A DNA stretch of 64,000 nucleotides from Phallusia mammillata (Eukaryota): positions 10,354,001 to 10,418,000 of the forward strand of contig OZ281500.1 of assembly GCA_965637545.1 (NCBI GenBank). The letters are read 5' to 3'. Under the pieces are notes generated by a model, which had not been told where the DNA came from, ran no database searches, and saw only the letters and a list, made by a program, of their open reading frames with translations. Each line of letters begins with the position of its first letter. Position 1 is the first letter of the stretch. Positions 62,216 through 64,000 of the stretch are shown in pieces. The position numbers were made by a program, and so were the translations under genes.

Positions 62216-64000
62216 GTGTCAACATTGTTGCTTTTGTTATTTTTTCACAAAAAAAATAAACCAGTTTGTGTTATTTCGTTAATATTAATTGTCATTTGCT
62301 TCAAGTTGGTATTAAGATGGATGCCATTTTAACCATCTTTTTTTACATAGTTCAAAAAGAATGTAACATTTTCTGACAAGTCCAAAGCTAACAAAAACAT
62401 GTTTGCACTTTATTTGTTGAAAGATAGCAAAAACTTAAAGCATACAGTTGCAGCAGGCATATTTTTGCCCCTCTGATTACACCTGCAGTAAAAATTAATT
62501 AACTAATATTCAACTGCTCATACACATTTTTGCTTGCTTGTTTTTTTCATGTGACAACATATTTTGGAGACCAGTGACTTATAAGAAACCAAACATCTTT
62601 CATGAATTGATTGGTTTACAGAACTGCAGTCACAACAGAAAACCGAATTTGTTATCCTTATTATTGCAATAGGATATCCATTTGTTACAGAGTTTTGTTG
62701 AGGTCTGTATTTCTAGTAGTTCATAACTAATGTGTTTGTATGAGCAGAAACTAATGGGTCCCACACATGGTGCTAATTGACACCAGTATTAATAGGCTTC
62801 AATCAGTTTTTGATTTAAATGATTATTTGGTGGAAAGAAATTATATACTGTTAAATTTCAAACATCTGTTTGCGAGGTTAATAGAAATATGGACCTGATT
62901 CCTTGAAAAAATCAGAAGTATTTAAAGTTCTGTTGCTAGAACCAAAGTTACAAAACAAATATGCTGATCTGCAGTAACCTCTGAATCACATAGCCTTGCT
63001 TTTGTTGGAAAACATCCATAAGCACTGCATATGACAGTGGCCTCATATAAATGAAAATCTTTCAAACAACAACTTAAATCCCACCCGCAAAAATATTTGC
63101 CTTGGTGCATGAGAGTCATTGCCTGAAATAGAGGATGCACCACCTGCTGCACAGATCACAAATCTACCAGTCACTGGTAACATGTGTGGTGCAATGGAGC
63201 AACTAGCAAGGGCACAAGTTGGTGATTTGACACATATTAAGAGATACAATGGTAGTTAAAATGCCCGATTTTAAATGACACACAAGCAACACCTTGCTAA
63301 CAATTTTCAGCACTAGGATTTTTTTCAAAGGGATAGCAAATATCAAAAATGACTTCTGGGGGTTCATTTTATCTGATTAAGATACCTATTACTTAGGTGA
63401 AGTATTTGATATTTTACTGATTTGTAATTATATACTATAATTCACACATTTTAGCAGCCTGTTGGTAAACAACTGCTTCAGCCTGGGTCAAGATTTTCAG
63501 TGCACAACTTCAGATACTAATTAATTAAATTTGATTGATTTTAAACAAATCCCGGACCTAAACTTGTGAACAAAATTGAACTAGAAAAAAATAGGGATAA
63601 AAACGCCACATCTTCTTCAGGAAAGGGGACCCATGAACAGCACTATACACATATTCATATTATTTTGCTGTACTCAACACACTAGAATTAGTTTTGTGTA
63701 CATGTTTATCGGTCTTCATTTATTCATAATCACTTACAATACATGGCATTAAGTTAATTGCAGTGTGGATGATACATAGAACTTCTATTGATTGTGACCC
63801 TTATAAACATACTCTCATGCAGATATATGTAACAAACCACAACACATTTTCCAGGAAGGAAGTGAGTCACAGACATGGCAGGCGTGCATTTTTAAATGCT
63901 GAAGAATCAACCTCTATGGTTTTCATTAAAGACAAATTATACTTTTCAAAAATTCAAAACATGATTAGGACTGAAACAAAAGTTTAGCCAACTTTTGATG

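Noticed and set aside
62922-63260. Short ORFs in a slightly GC-richer patch after EXOSC2
   Set aside because: No recognisable domain or convincing splice chain; could be the end of a gene outside the window but is unsupported.

Overview
AT-rich, intron-rich eukaryotic DNA, most likely an ascidian tunicate (inferred from gene content and patchy CpG depletion). All exon models were read by eye. Four protein-coding genes: (1) on the minus strand at 1516-28869, a 54-coding-exon, ~3975-aa gel-forming mucin with an unusual order: signal peptide, RKRR, (QS)n, 4 EGF, FN2, chitin-binding CBM14, EGF, acidic Ser-Gly micro-exons, VWD1-3, short PTS, VWD4, a duplicated six-exon Cys-rich cassette, an INTERNAL cystine knot, 16 x 37-aa Thr-rich/EESGSGE repeats, a CysD domain, (QS)n and a helical Q/E-rich tail; (2) a syntaxin-1-like gene (minus, 32655-45721) with two duplicated SNARE C-half exons and three alternative transmembrane exons; (3) DBF4 (minus, 55609-59482) head-to-head with (4) EXOSC2/RRP4 (plus, 60035-62215). 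About 15 hAT-type TIR elements, most with readable 8-bp target-site duplications, are scattered through introns and intergenic DNA. They include a four-level nested cluster at 46.7-52.6 kb that also holds a decayed ISL2EU-type transposon and a tRNA-like poly(A) retroposon. A Helentron-like element with 159-bp repeats lies in a DBF4 intron. No rRNA, intact tRNA or CRISPR array was seen.
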